This document shows positions 40,487 through 51,133 of a stretch of DNA of 55,980 nucleotides, in pieces. This stretch comes from Steroidobacteraceae bacterium (GTDB lineage: Bacteria; Pseudomonadota; Gammaproteobacteria; Steroidobacterales; Steroidobacteraceae). Location of the stretch: NCBI GenBank assembly GCA_049508555.1, contig JBELAR010000001.1:1-55980 (forward strand), written 5' to 3'. Made by a program: the position numbers and the translations under genes. Positions within the stretch are counted from its first letter, which is position 1. Each line of letters begins with the position of its first letter. The notes under the pieces were generated by a model, which saw nothing but the letters and a program-made list of their open reading frames with translations, was not told where the DNA came from and did not search any database.

Positions 40487-41443
40487 TCAGCGTCCGGCGT
40501 CGGTGCGCAGCAGGCGCAGCAGCGAGTCCATGTCGGCGGGCAGGGGTGCCTCGAAGTGTTCGGCTCGCCGGCTCGTCGGGTGAGACAGGTGCAGGCGCTG
40601 TGCGTGCAGCGCCTGGCGGGTGAAGCCCTGCAGCGCTGCATTCAAGGCCGGCGAGGCGCCGGCCACGAGGCGCCGGCGCGCGCCGTAGAGCGGATCACCC
40701 ACGACTGGAAATCCGATATGCGCCAGGTGCACCCGGATCTGATGCGTACGGCCGGTCTCGAGCTGCACTCGCAGCAGCGTGTGCGCGCGATAGCGCTCCT
40801 CGATGCGATAGTGCGTGACTGCGCCGCGACCATCGGCGCGCACGGCCATGCGCGTGCGCGCAGTGCGGTGGCGGCCGATGGGCTGTTCGATGCGGCCACC
40901 ACCGGTGGGCCGGCCGACACACAGAGCCAGATACTCGCGGCCCACCTCGTGAGCCGCGAGCGCTGCGACGAGCCGGGTATGCGCCTCGGGGGTACGTGCG
41001 ACCAGCAGCAGTCCGCTCGTATCCTTGTCGAGCCGGTGTACCAGCCCCGCACGCGGTACGCGCGCGAGCTGCGGATCGTGCGCCAGCAGCGCATTCTGTA
41101 ATGTGTGTTCGCGATTGCCCGCGCCCGGATGCACCACCAGGCCGGGGGGCTTATTGAGCACCAGCAGGACCGCGTCCTGGTGCACGATGTCGAGCGACAG
41201 AGCCTGCGGCAGCACGCTCGGATCGCTGGCAAATTGCGCCTCGACGGTGAGCTGCTCGCCGCCCTGCACGCGTTCACTCGAGCGGATGGCACGGCCATTG
41301 GCGAGCACTGCCCCCGCGCGGATCCAGCGTTGCAATCGCGCGCGCGAATACTGCGGCAGGGCTGCGGCCAGCGCCTGATCGAAACGCAGCCCGGCCGCCG
41401 AGGCGGGCAGGTCGAGCACGTGGGTTTGGAACTCCGGTGGCAT
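40487..41443 (-). CDS. rluD: 23S rRNA pseudouridine synthase, RluA family (RluD)
   Basis: N-terminal S4-like domain plus the catalytic motif 'GLVHRLDKDTSGLLLVA'. 'HQIRVHLAHIGFPVVGDPLYG'. Confidence 0.93.
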   Translation of the reverse strand: MPPEFQTHVLDLPASAAGLRFDQALAAALPQYSRARLQRWIRAGAVLANGRAIRSSERVQGGEQLTVEAQFASDPSVLPQALSLDIVHQDAVLLVLNKPPGLVVHPGAGNREHTLQNALLAHDPQLARVPRAGLVHRLDKDTSGLLLVARTPEAHTRLVAALAAHEVGREYLALCVGRPTGGGRIEQPIGRHRTARTRMAVRADGRGAVTHYRIEERYRAHTLLRVQLETGRTHQIRVHLAHIGFPVVGDPLYGARRRLVAGASPALNAALQGFTRQALHAQRLHLSHPTSRRAEHFEAPLPADMDSLLRLLRTDAGR

Positions 41444-41553
41444 CCTGCGGGTCAGCTATACTTGCGCCATATTCGAGATGGGTTGCACTGCATCAACGGC
41501 GCACAGATTCTAGGCCTCTTGACCTGCCTTAAGGTTCACACTTGAGCTCAATC

Positions 41554-42372
41554 ATGCACGCACATGGCCTGCCACCGAAGCGTTACCGCCCGGTGTGGGG
41601 CGCGCTGTGCCTGGCAGCGCTGGCCGCGCTGGCGGGCTGTCATACGCGGCCGGTGGCAAGGCAAGTCAAGCGGGTCTCCGCCGCCTCGCTCTATGCGAAC
41701 GCCAACCGGGCCATGCACAACGGTGACATGCAGTATTCGATCAAGCAGTACGAGGCCCTGACCTCGCGCTTTCCGTTCAGCCCTCAGGCACGCCAGGCCC
41801 GGCTCGACATGATCTACGTCTACTACCGCAAGGGCGATAAGGAATTGGCCACGGACGCGGCCGAGCAGTTCCTGCGCGAGAATCCGTCCCATCCGCGCGT
41901 CGACTATGCCTACTACATGGAGGGCATGATCGACTTCGAGCGCACCCCTTACCCCGTCGAGCGCTGGTTCGGGGTCGATATGGCGCGCCGGCCACCTTCC
42001 ACGGCGCTCAAGGCCATCACCGCCTTCAACAAGGTGGTGACGCAATACCCCAAGAGCGAATACGCGACGGATTCGCTGCGCCGCGTGGTCTATCTGCGCA
42101 ATCGCCTGGCCGAGTACGAGGTCAACGTGGCGCGCTACTACGTCAAGCGCGGCGCCTACCTGGCCGCAGCCCAGCGTGCGCAGGACGTGGTCGAGCAATA
42201 CGACGGCGCGCCGGCCGAGCGCGAGGCGCTGAACATCCTCACCGATTGCTATCGGCGGCTCGGCTTCAACGATCTCGCGGGCAATATTCAGCGCGTCTAC
42301 CAGGCCAACTATCAGTCGGCTTCGGACCGCGCCGTGGCGTCGAATCGCCATTGGTGGGCCCCCTGGCGCTGA
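41554..42372 (+). CDS. bamD: outer membrane protein assembly factor BamD (lipoprotein)
   Basis: Lipobox 'LAALAGC'. TPR-like 'LYANANRAMHNGDMQYSIKQYEALTSRFPFSPQARQARLDMIYVYY'. ATG at 41554; the track start at 41542 is TTG. Confidence 0.9.
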   Translation: MHAHGLPPKRYRPVWGALCLAALAALAGCHTRPVARQVKRVSAASLYANANRAMHNGDMQYSIKQYEALTSRFPFSPQARQARLDMIYVYYRKGDKELATDAAEQFLRENPSHPRVDYAYYMEGMIDFERTPYPVERWFGVDMARRPPSTALKAITAFNKVVTQYPKSEYATDSLRRVVYLRNRLAEYEVNVARYYVKRGAYLAAAQRAQDVVEQYDGAPAEREALNILTDCYRRLGFNDLAGNIQRVYQANYQSASDRAVASNRHWWAPWR

Positions 42373-42393
42373 GGGGCCTGCGAGCTCGAGCGC

Positions 42394-44025
42394 TCAGCGT
42401 CGATAACCGCTGGTAATCGGGTAGCGCCAGTCGCGGCCGAATGCGCGGGCGCTCACGCGCACTCCGGGCGGGGCCTGGCGGCGCTTGTACTCGGCGCGCT
42501 TGACCATGTCGAGCACCTGCGAGACGACGGCGCGATCGAAGCCGCGCGCGCAGATCTCCTCCACCGACAGGTCCTCCTCGATGAAGGCCTCGAGTATCGG
42601 GTCGAGCACGTCGTAGGGCGGCAGCGAATCGGTGTCCTTCTGATCGGGGCGCAACTCGGCCGTAGGCGCGCGCGCAATGACGCGCTCGGGAATCACGGCC
42701 GAGAGCGTGTTGCGGTAGCGCGCCAGGCGGTACACGAGCTGTTTGCTGCAGTCCTTGATCGGCGCAAAACCGCCGGCCATATCCCCGTACAGCGTCGCAT
42801 AGCCCACCGCCATCTCGCTCTTGTTGCCGGTGGTCAGCAGCATGCGCCCGGTCTTGTTCGAGATCGCCATCAGCAGCAGACCGCGGCAGCGCGCCTGGAT
42901 GTTCTCCTCGGTCGCATCCGGCGCTCGACCCGCGAACTCATGCTCGAGCGCCTGCAGCGTGGCGGCGAACAGATTCTCGATCGAGATCGAGCTCAAGGTG
43001 ACGCCGAGCGCGCGCGCCTGGGCGGTCGCATCCTCGCGGCTCATGTCCGAGGTATAGCGCGAGGGCATCATCACCGCGTGCACGCGCTCTGCGCCGAGGG
43101 CGTCGGCCGCAATCGCCAGCGTCAGGGCCGAATCGATCCCACCGGACAGGCCGACCACAGCACCATTGAAGTGGTGCTTGTTGACGTAATCGCGCACCCC
43201 GAGCACCAGCACGCGATACACGCTGTGCTCGTCGGACATCTCCGGCTCGACGCTGCCTGCGACCGGTACCACGACGCCGTCGCGGCACTCGAACTGCGCC
43301 GCGTAGAGACCCTCCTCGAGCGCGGGGGCGCGCAGCGCCAACTGGCCCTGTGCGTCCATCACGAATGAATTACCGTCGAAAACCAACTCGTCCTGACCCC
43401 CGAGCAGGTTCACATAGGCGGCGGGTAGCTGCGTCTCGCGCACGCGCTCGCCGATCACCCGCTCGCGCTCGCGCTGCTTGTGAATCTCGAATGGCGAGGC
43501 ATTGATGATCAGCAGTGCCTCTGCACCGAGCGCGCGGGCCTGCGCCGCACTCTTCGGCTCCCAGGCGTCCTCGCAGATCAGGAGCCCGAGGCGATAGCCA
43601 TCGAAATCGAACACGGTGGCGTCGGTGCCCGGGGAGAAGTAGCGCTTCTCGTCGAACACCTTGTAATTCGGCAGACAGGCCTTGCGATGCTGCGCCAGGA
43701 CGCGCCCGCCGCGCACCAGGCGCGCCGCGTTATAGATCTGGCCCTGCTCGTATTCCGGGAAACCCACCACCACGCCGATCTCCGGCACCGCGTGCGTGAG
43801 CTGGTTCAAAGCCTCATCGATCTGCTGGCGCAAACCGCGGTGGAACAGCAAATCCTCGGGCGGGTAGCCCGAGAGCGTGAGTTCAGGAAACAGCACCAGA
43901 TCCGCCTGCAGCTCGGCGCGCGCGCGCCGCGCCTCGGCAATCACACGCTCGAGGTTGCCGCGCACGTCACCGACCAGCAGGTCGAGCTGCGCGAGGGCGA
44001 TGGTCAGTCGATCAGTGCGTGGCAC
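42394..44025 (-). CDS. nadE: glutamine-dependent NAD+ synthetase
   Basis: N-terminal CN-hydrolase domain ('LVLFPEL', 'ICEDAW') plus the C-terminal synthetase 'GLSGGIDSALT'. 543 aa. Confidence 0.95.
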   Translation of the reverse strand: MPRTDRLTIALAQLDLLVGDVRGNLERVIAEARRARAELQADLVLFPELTLSGYPPEDLLFHRGLRQQIDEALNQLTHAVPEIGVVVGFPEYEQGQIYNAARLVRGGRVLAQHRKACLPNYKVFDEKRYFSPGTDATVFDFDGYRLGLLICEDAWEPKSAAQARALGAEALLIINASPFEIHKQRERERVIGERVRETQLPAAYVNLLGGQDELVFDGNSFVMDAQGQLALRAPALEEGLYAAQFECRDGVVVPVAGSVEPEMSDEHSVYRVLVLGVRDYVNKHHFNGAVVGLSGGIDSALTLAIAADALGAERVHAVMMPSRYTSDMSREDATAQARALGVTLSSISIENLFAATLQALEHEFAGRAPDATEENIQARCRGLLLMAISNKTGRMLLTTGNKSEMAVGYATLYGDMAGGFAPIKDCSKQLVYRLARYRNTLSAVIPERVIARAPTAELRPDQKDTDSLPPYDVLDPILEAFIEEDLSVEEICARGFDRAVVSQVLDMVKRAEYKRRQAPPGVRVSARAFGRDWRYPITSGYRR

Positions 44026-44062
44026 CGGCGTTCCGCTACACCTTCCAGCCCGCTCAGGCCGT

Positions 44063-45103
44063 TCAACGATGTCTCGCGAGGCGTTTGCGTGCGCTCGGGG
44101 CCGCGGCCCGTGCCCGCACGCTCACGCCGCGACGCTGCCGCAACGCCGGCGGTCGTGCTCCCGACACCGGTTTCGTCCCGCCCTTGTGGGCTTTGCTTCG
44201 CGGGTTGGATTTTTTTTTGGACGGCGCCCGGCGACGGGACAGCAACTGCGCCATCGCGCTGCCGAGCTGCGCAGGGGATTTCACGGTGCGTACGCCCGCG
44301 GCCTCCAGGGCGCGGTACTTGTCCGCGGCGGTGCCCTTGCCGCCCGCGATCACAGCCCCGGCGTGCCCCATGCGCTTGCCGGCCGGCGCCGTGACGCCGG
44401 CGATGTATGCGACCACGGGTTTGGAGACGTAGCGGTGGATGTGGGCCGCCGCGGCCTCCTCGTCGCTGCCGCCGATCTCCCCGACCATGATGATGCCCTC
44501 GGTCTGAGGATCGCGCTCGAACAGCTCGATGACATCGACGAAGTTCATGCCGCGCACCGGATCGCCGCCAATGCCCACGCAGGTGCTCTGGCCCAGTCCA
44601 TTGTTCGTCGTCTGGAACACCGTCTCGTAGGTCAGGGTGCCCGAGCGCGAAACGATGCCGATACATCCCTTCTGGTGGATGAAGCCGGGCATGATGCCGA
44701 TCTTGCACTCGCCGGGTGTGATGATGCCTGGACAGTTCGGACCAATGAGCCGCGTCGCGGAGCCGGCGAGCGCTGCTTTGACCTTGACCATGTCGTTGAC
44801 GGGCACGCCTTCGGTGATGCACACGACCAGTTCTATGCCTGCGTCGACCGCCTCGAGTATCGAATCGGCCGCATAGGCCGCGGGGACGTAGATCATGCTT
44901 GCGGTGGCGCCGGTTTCGCGGGCCGCAGCCCGTACGGTATCGAACACCGGCAAGCCCAGATGCTGCTGCCCGCCACGTCCGGGGGTGACGCCGCCGACCA
45001 GCAACGTGCCGTAAGCCAGGCATTGCTCGGAATGAAACGTACCTTGCTTGCCCGTGAAGCCCTGGCAGATGACTCGGGTGCGTTGATTGACGAGGATGCT
45101 CAT
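44063..45103 (-). CDS. sucD: succinate--CoA ligase subunit alpha, with a 58-aa basic C-terminal extension
   Basis: '[18 protein letters not shown]', '[20 protein letters not shown]', and phosphohistidine loop 'MGHAGAVI'. The homologous region ends about '[11 protein letters not shown]', followed by an Arg/Lys-rich tail. Confidence 0.95.
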   Translation of the reverse strand: MSILVNQRTRVICQGFTGKQGTFHSEQCLAYGTLLVGGVTPGRGGQQHLGLPVFDTVRAAARETGATASMIYVPAAYAADSILEAVDAGIELVVCITEGVPVNDMVKVKAALAGSATRLIGPNCPGIITPGECKIGIMPGFIHQKGCIGIVSRSGTLTYETVFQTTNNGLGQSTCVGIGGDPVRGMNFVDVIELFERDPQTEGIIMVGEIGGSDEEAAAAHIHRYVSKPVVAYIAGVTAPAGKRMGHAGAVIAGGKGTAADKYRALEAAGVRTVKSPAQLGSAMAQLLSRRRAPSKKKSNPRSKAHKGGTKPVSGARPPALRQRRGVSVRARAAAPSARKRLARHR

Positions 45104-45137
45104 GTGGGGCGCGTCCGAGCGTGGCTAATGCGGTACA

Positions 45138-46328
45138 TCAGGCGGCGGCCGTCGCGGCTTTGCGTCGCTGGGCGGCGGCGGCGACGACCTTCTTGGCAGC
45201 CTCCGTCAGATTGCTGGCCGCGATGATGGCCAGGCCGCTGTGCGCGAGCCGTTCGCGCGCGATGTCGGCGTTCGTGCCTTCCAGGCGCACCACGACGGGC
45301 ACGGCAACGCCGACGTTCTTGACGGCATTGATGATCCCATCGGCGATCAGATCGCAGCGGACGATGCCGCCGAAGATATTGACCAGGATCGCCCGCACCC
45401 TGGAGTTTGAGAGTATCAGCTCGAATGCCGCGGTCACGCGCTCGCTGGTCGCGCCGCCGCCTACATCGAGAAAGTTCGCCGGCTCCCCGCCGTGGAGCTT
45501 GATCAGATCCATGGTGGCCATGGCCAAGCCGGCACCGTTGACCATGCAGGCGATGTTGCCCTCGAGTGAGACATAGTTCAGATCGTGCTCGCTGGCGCGA
45601 CGCTCCATGGGATCTTCCTGACCGACATCGCGCAGCGCGGCCAATTCACGCTGCCGGAACAGCGCATTGGCATCGATGTCGAGCTTGGCATCGAGCGCCA
45701 CGAGGCGGCCGGCCGGGCTCACGATCAGCGGATTGATCTCGATCAGACTGGCGTCGCACTCCAGGTAGAGCCGGTAGAGGGCGAGCAGGATGGATTGGAA
45801 GGCTTCGAGCTGCGCTGCGCTCAGGCCGAGCCCGAATCCGAGCTGCTTGCACTGGAAGGGCTGCAGCCCGGTGGCCGGATGGGCGGTGACCGACAGAATC
45901 TGCTCAGGCCTGTTCGCGGCGACCTCCTCGATGTCCATGCCCCCGGCGGCCGAGGCGACCACCGCGATGCGGCCGCGTTCTCGGTTGAGCGTGAGACTCA
46001 AGTACAGCTCGCGCTCGATCTGCGATCCCGACTCGACATAGACGAGTTCGATCGGCAAACCCTCGGGGCCGGTCTGCTTGGTCTTCAGGCGCTGTCCGAG
46101 CATGCCGGCGGCGGCCTTGCGCACCGATTCCAGATCGCGGGCGACCACAACCCCACCGGCCTTACCGCGGCCACCGGCGTGCACCTGAGCCTTCACGACC
46201 CAGAGTTTGCCTCCCAGAGCCTCGGCGGCGGCGTAGGCCTCCTGCGCACTCGCCGCGACGCGGCCGTCGGGCACCGGCACGCCATAGCTGGCAAGAATCT
46301 TCTTGGATTGATATTCGTGCAGATTCAT
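45138..46328 (-). CDS. sucC: ADP-forming succinate--CoA ligase subunit beta
   Basis: '[20 protein letters not shown]', '[17 protein letters not shown]', '[10 protein letters not shown]'. Confidence 0.98.
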   Translation of the reverse strand: MNLHEYQSKKILASYGVPVPDGRVAASAQEAYAAAEALGGKLWVVKAQVHAGGRGKAGGVVVARDLESVRKAAAGMLGQRLKTKQTGPEGLPIELVYVESGSQIERELYLSLTLNRERGRIAVVASAAGGMDIEEVAANRPEQILSVTAHPATGLQPFQCKQLGFGLGLSAAQLEAFQSILLALYRLYLECDASLIEINPLIVSPAGRLVALDAKLDIDANALFRQRELAALRDVGQEDPMERRASEHDLNYVSLEGNIACMVNGAGLAMATMDLIKLHGGEPANFLDVGGGATSERVTAAFELILSNSRVRAILVNIFGGIVRCDLIADGIINAVKNVGVAVPVVVRLEGTNADIARERLAHSGLAIIAASNLTEAAKKVVAAAAQRRKAATAAA

Positions 46329-46440
46329 CCGTCACCAATCGAGCGTCGAAAGGCTGCGGATTGTCGCGGAAAGCGGCGCCCGGGGCCAGCAATCCCGAGC
46401 GCTGGTGGGCTCAAGCCTCGACTGCGGCCCTCACCCGCAG

Positions 46441-47154
46441 CTATTTGACGCTGTAGCCGCGTGCCTCGAGGCAAGCGGTGATGGCCCGTTGATACTGCGG
46501 TCGCTGCGCCCCGTTGTCACCGCCGGCGGGTTGCGTGGGATCGAATCCGGTCTGCCCCTTGGCCCAGTTGTGACATTCGTAGCGATCGGCGGCCTGCTGC
46601 TCCTGGGTCTGACCATTCCTCGGGTAGACGAAAAAGTCGTCTGCCGCCGGCGGCGGCGGTGCCGCCTCGGGAGCCCCGGGCTGATCCGCGCCCGGCGGCG
46701 GAGCGGCCACGACATAGCCGTTCTGAGCCGGACTCCACTGGTAATACACGTCATTGGCGTAATAGAACGGCACGCCCCCGAACCACAGCGTGGTATAGAA
46801 CGGCGGCAGTACATTGACATACAGACCGATGGGTGGGCGCGTGACCAGGAACCCGCCCGCGCCGGGCGCATACCAGACACCGCCATAGAAAAAGAAGCGG
46901 TTGCCGCCGAACATGTAAGGACGGTAGCCGGCCGGCAGCTCGCGCACCACCTGACCGCGTGGCGGATAGTAGTGGCCGTGATTGAACCGGTTGTCGAGCA
47001 CCTGACCGCGCCCGTCGCGCTCAACGTGAGCGGGGCCGCCGCGCTCCATGTGACCGGGGCCACCGTGCTCCTCGGCCAGGCTCTGCCCAGCGCCAACCAG
47101 TCCCAGCAGGCACAGGCCTGCGAGCACGAGCTCTCTGCAGCTTCCCGCGTTCAT
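46441..47154 (-). CDS. secreted Tyr/Pro/Gly-rich protein (DUF6515-like)
   Basis: Signal peptide 'LVLAGLCLLGLVGAGQSLA'. Core 'GGVWYAPGAGGFLVTRPPIGLYVNVLPPFYTTLWFGGVPFYYANDVYYQW'. C-terminal 'DRYECHNWA...ACLEARGYSV' module. DUF name is from memory. Confidence 0.6.
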   Translation of the reverse strand: MNAGSCRELVLAGLCLLGLVGAGQSLAEEHGGPGHMERGGPAHVERDGRGQVLDNRFNHGHYYPPRGQVVRELPAGYRPYMFGGNRFFFYGGVWYAPGAGGFLVTRPPIGLYVNVLPPFYTTLWFGGVPFYYANDVYYQWSPAQNGYVVAAPPPGADQPGAPEAAPPPPAADDFFVYPRNGQTQEQQAADRYECHNWAKGQTGFDPTQPAGGDNGAQRPQYQRAITACLEARGYSVK

Positions 47155-47167
47155 GATCTCAACGCTC

Positions 47168-47740
47168 CTATGCGATGGTGTAACCGCGTGCGTCCAGGCA
47201 AGCGCCGATGGCGCGCCGATAGTTCATCTCACCGGCACCGGCGGCCTGGGCCGAGGCGGCCTGACTGCGGTCGAATTGCGCCTGTTCTGCATTGGCCTGC
47301 GCCTGCGCGTTGACGTCGCTGGCCGTGCCCACGGCAGCCCCGGTAATGCCACCGACCAGCAGGCCGGCCCCGGCGTTGCGCGGTCCGGCGATAGCGGCGC
47401 CGAGGATCGCCCCGGCGATGGCGCCTACTGCGGTGCCCGCTCCGGGGGGCGTAGCCGGTTCGACCACGACTCGCTGGCTGGGCGGTGCACCCGGGCGACT
47501 CGGATCGAAGCCCGACTGCTGCACGGCCCAGACATGGCATTCATAGCGATCGCGCTCCAGCTGATCCGGGCTCTGTCCATGGGCGGGATAGACCATGATC
47601 GGCCTGGGGGCGACCGCTGGCGGGGGCCCCTGCACCACAGTACGCTGTGGCGGCGGCGCTACACAGGCGGCCAGCACGGCCGACAGCGCCAAAACGGACC
47701 CGGTACGCAGATTAAGTAATGGAGTAAACATATGCTTCAT
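47168..47740 (-). CDS. glycine-zipper lipoprotein
   Basis: Lipobox 'LSAVLAAC'. Gly-zipper 'GTAVGAIAGAILGAAIAG...GLLVGGITGAAVG'. It carries the same 'DRYECHVWA...ACLDARGYTI' module as the neighbouring gene. Confidence 0.7.
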   Translation of the reverse strand: MKHMFTPLLNLRTGSVLALSAVLAACVAPPPQRTVVQGPPPAVAPRPIMVYPAHGQSPDQLERDRYECHVWAVQQSGFDPSRPGAPPSQRVVVEPATPPGAGTAVGAIAGAILGAAIAGPRNAGAGLLVGGITGAAVGTASDVNAQAQANAEQAQFDRSQAASAQAAGAGEMNYRRAIGACLDARGYTIA

Positions 47741-47848
47741 ACAACGACTGAGCCTCCGAGACGGTTGACAGTCCAGTTTTGAACCATCCTTACGCTACTT
47801 AGAGTGCGCCTGGGCGCGACAGTTTCAATAGGACAGAGCCGTCTCCGC

Positions 47849-49519
47849 ATGAGCACCGCCGAAGCGCCCTCCGCGCCCCTGATCCCAGCGCCCGTCCGGC
47901 GGTCGACCGACGCCTCGCGCGAGCTCTCGTGGCGCGTCGTCGCGCTCGCAAACCTCTACCGGCTGCTCCTGCCCCCGGTCCTGTTCGGCCTGTACCTGCT
48001 CACCCGCCCCAACCCGACCGTGGGCGGCGCCGACCCGCAGCTGTTCCTCGTGGTGTGCGTATTCTACTGGGCGCTCGGCATTGTGTTCGCCTTCGGGCGG
48101 CGCGGGCACTGGCCCAGCCGGCGGGTGCTCGTGCTCTCGCACATTCTGCTCGACGCCACGGCGGTGGCCGCACTGCTCTACTGCAGCGGCGGGGCTGCCA
48201 GTGGCCTCGGGATACTGCTCGTGATTCCGGTCGGGGCCATGGCACTGCTCGCGGAAGGGCGCGCGGCCTTTGCCGTGGCGGCCCTCGCGGCGCTCGGAAT
48301 ACTGCTGCAGCAAATTGCCTCGGTGGTGTTCGGTAACGTGCCGTGGACGGACTATCAGTCCGCCGGCCTGGTCGGCGCGGTGCTGTTTCTGGTGGCACTC
48401 ACCGCCTGGCCGCTGTCCAATCGTCTGCGGGAGAGTGAGGCGCTGGTCCGGCGCGCGGTGCTCGATCTGGCCAATCTGGCACAGCTCTCGCAGTACATCG
48501 TGCAGCACCTGCGTGAGAGCATCCTGGTCATCGATCCGGCCGACCGCATCCGCCTGATCAACGAATCGGCCGCGCAGATGCTCGGTGAAGCCGCCGCGGT
48601 GCCCGGCGCCCTGATCGGCGAGGTATCACCGCGCCTGCTCTATCTGCTCTCGACCTGGCGCCACGCCGAGGCGCCGAACCTGGCGAGCGATGCCGAGACC
48701 CTGATCGCCGCGGACGGCGCGCGCGTGATCCGACCGCACTTCGCGCCCCTCGGCGACGGTGACCCCGCGCCGGCGATCGTGTTCCTCGAAGACATCGGCG
48801 AACTCGCCGCCAAGGTGCAGCAGACCAAGCTCGCGGCGCTGGGCAGGCTCTCCGCCAGCATCGCCCACGAGATTCGCAATCCCGTCGGCGCGATGAGCCA
48901 CGCGGCGCAGTTGCTGGCGGAATCCCCGGAATTGAGCGGCGAGGACCGTCGCCTCACGCAGATCATGCAGACCAACTCGACGCGCGTGAGCGGCATCATC
49001 GATAACATCCTGCAACTCTCGCGACGCGAAGCCTCCAAGCCCGAACAGATACAGCTCGCGATCTGGACCGCGCGCTTCCGCGAAGAATTCTGCGCCACCG
49101 AGCAATTGCAGTGGCAGCGTCTGCTCATCGATACGGCTTCAGACCCGGTGGAAGTACGCATCGATGGCACGCAGCTGCATCAGATCGCCTGGAACCTGTG
49201 CCAGAACGCCATGACCCACGCGCTGCCCAGAGCCGGAGCCGCGCCGATCGAATTGCGCTATGGCCGCCTGGGCGGAATGGGCCGGCCTTATCTTCAGGTC
49301 GCGGATCGCGGAGCGGGAATTCCAGCCGCCGACGCCGAGCGCATCTTCGAGCCCTTCTTCACGCGTGCCCAGCGCGGTACCGGACTCGGGCTGTTTCTGG
49401 CGCGAGAGCTCGCGGCGGCCAATAGGGCCACATTGCTGTACGAGGCGCGTGAGGGCGGCGGCAGCATCTTCCGCGTGGTCTTTGCCGACCCGAGCCGCTG
49501 GAACGATGTGTATTCCTGA
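47849..49519 (+). CDS. pilS: two-component sensor histidine kinase PilS
   Basis: ATG at 47849. Multi-TM N-terminus, H-box 'LSASIAHEIRNPV', and N/G boxes 'NLCQNAM', 'DRGAGI', 'GTGLGL'. Adjacent to pilR and pilA. Confidence 0.88.
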   Translation: MSTAEAPSAPLIPAPVRRSTDASRELSWRVVALANLYRLLLPPVLFGLYLLTRPNPTVGGADPQLFLVVCVFYWALGIVFAFGRRGHWPSRRVLVLSHILLDATAVAALLYCSGGAASGLGILLVIPVGAMALLAEGRAAFAVAALAALGILLQQIASVVFGNVPWTDYQSAGLVGAVLFLVALTAWPLSNRLRESEALVRRAVLDLANLAQLSQYIVQHLRESILVIDPADRIRLINESAAQMLGEAAAVPGALIGEVSPRLLYLLSTWRHAEAPNLASDAETLIAADGARVIRPHFAPLGDGDPAPAIVFLEDIGELAAKVQQTKLAALGRLSASIAHEIRNPVGAMSHAAQLLAESPELSGEDRRLTQIMQTNSTRVSGIIDNILQLSRREASKPEQIQLAIWTARFREEFCATEQLQWQRLLIDTASDPVEVRIDGTQLHQIAWNLCQNAMTHALPRAGAAPIELRYGRLGGMGRPYLQVADRGAGIPAADAERIFEPFFTRAQRGTGLGLFLARELAAANRATLLYEAREGGGSIFRVVFADPSRWNDVYS

Positions 49520-49546
49520 TCGGTTCCGCAACACAATGCTGTCCCT

Positions 49547-50983
49547 ATGTCGTTGAAGCCAACCGTACTGATCGTCGATGACGAGCCGGATCTGATCGAA
49601 CTCGTGTCGCTGACGCTGGGGCGGATGAATCTGGCCACCGAGTCCGCCAGCGACCTGGCCGGCGCGCGCGCGCAGCTCGCCGCACATCGCTTCGGACTGT
49701 GCCTGACCGATATGCGCTTGCCCGACGGCAACGGCCTCGACCTGGTCGCTCACATTCAGGAGCGTCACCCTGAAGTGCCCGTCGCGGTGATCACGGCCCA
49801 CGGCAATGTCGAATCCGCCGTGCGCGCCTTGAAACTCGGCGCTTTCGATTTCGTCTCCAAGCCCTTGGACCTCGGTGTGCTGCGCAAGCTGGTCGCGACC
49901 GCGATCAAGCTCGCCTCGCGCGCCGTGCCGGCGCCAGCGAGTGAGTTCGTGGCGGGTGCCGCGCTGGCCGCGCAGGGTCCGCGGCTGCTGGGCCAATCTG
50001 CGGTGATGGCTGCATTGCGCCAGCTGATCGCGCGGGTCGCGCGCAGCCAGGCCCCGGTGCATATCACGGGGGAGTCGGGCACGGGCAAGGAACTGGTCGC
50101 ACGCCTGATCCACGACAGCGGCGCCAGAGCCGATGGTGCCTTCGTGCCGGTGAACTGCGGCGCAATCCCTTCAGAGCTCATGGAAAGCGAGCTCTTCGGC
50201 CACAAGCGCGGCAGCTTCACGGGCGCCGTGGCGGACAAGAAAGGACTGGTACAGAGCGCCGAGGGAGGCACCCTGTTTCTCGATGAGGTCGCCGATCTGC
50301 CTCTGCATATGCAAGTCAAGCTGCTGCGCGTGATTCAGGAGAAAACCGTGCGGCCCGTGGGTGAACAGCGCGAAGTACCCATCGACGTACGCGTGCTCTC
50401 TGCAACCCACAAGCCGCTCGCGGAGCTCGTGGGCCAAGGCCGCTTCCGCGAGGACCTCTACTACCGCATCAATGTCATCGAGCTGCAGGTGCCCGCGCTG
50501 CGCGAGCGCGCCGAAGATATCCAGGAGCTGGCCGCAAGCATGCTGCAGCGATTGTCTGCGCGCAGCGGCCTACGTACCCCGCGATTGAGCGCTGAGGCGC
50601 AGGTCGCGCTGCAGAGCTACGCCTTTCCGGGCAACGTGCGCGAGCTGGAGAACATCCTCGAGCGTGCCATCGCGCTGTCTGCGCCAGGCCTGATCGACGT
50701 GGCGGACCTGCAATTGCGCCCGGTCAGCGCGCCGCTCGCGCCGCCCGGCAACGCGCCGAGCGTCCCCGCGCCCGGCGAGGCGGCCGCCGCTGCGAGCGCT
50801 GCCGCTGCGCTCGCCGCCAGCGCTCCGGGCGGGGCTCTGGGCGATCAGCTCGAGCACATGGAACGCGAAGCGATCATCCGGGCACTCGAGCAGACGCGCT
50901 ACAACAAGACTGCGGCGGCGAGGCTGCTCGGCATGAGCTTTCGGGCCCTGCGCTATCGCGTGAAAAAATTGGGTATCGAGTAA
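49547..50983 (+). CDS. pilR: sigma54-dependent response regulator PilR
   Basis: Receiver 'VLIVDDE...LTDMRLPDGNG'. AAA+ 'GESGTGKELVAR' with 'ESELFGH' (GAFTGA-type loop 'GSFTGA'). C-terminal Fis-type HTH 'YNKTAAARLLGMSFRALRYRVKKLG'. Confidence 0.92.
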   Translation: MSLKPTVLIVDDEPDLIELVSLTLGRMNLATESASDLAGARAQLAAHRFGLCLTDMRLPDGNGLDLVAHIQERHPEVPVAVITAHGNVESAVRALKLGAFDFVSKPLDLGVLRKLVATAIKLASRAVPAPASEFVAGAALAAQGPRLLGQSAVMAALRQLIARVARSQAPVHITGESGTGKELVARLIHDSGARADGAFVPVNCGAIPSELMESELFGHKRGSFTGAVADKKGLVQSAEGGTLFLDEVADLPLHMQVKLLRVIQEKTVRPVGEQREVPIDVRVLSATHKPLAELVGQGRFREDLYYRINVIELQVPALRERAEDIQELAASMLQRLSARSGLRTPRLSAEAQVALQSYAFPGNVRELENILERAIALSAPGLIDVADLQLRPVSAPLAPPGNAPSVPAPGEAAAAASAAAALAASAPGGALGDQLEHMEREAIIRALEQTRYNKTAAARLLGMSFRALRYRVKKLGIE

Positions 50984-51133
50984 GACGACCCCTCGGGCTG
51001 AAGCTGACAACTTTTGTCAGTTGCCCACCGATCTGGGCAGTTCTGTCGCCAATCCTGTCCAGAGCTTAGGTTAAGTCCGTCGCCGGCCACAACAATAGTC
51101 AATAAAAACAATGGTCTAATGGCTCTCCAGCGA

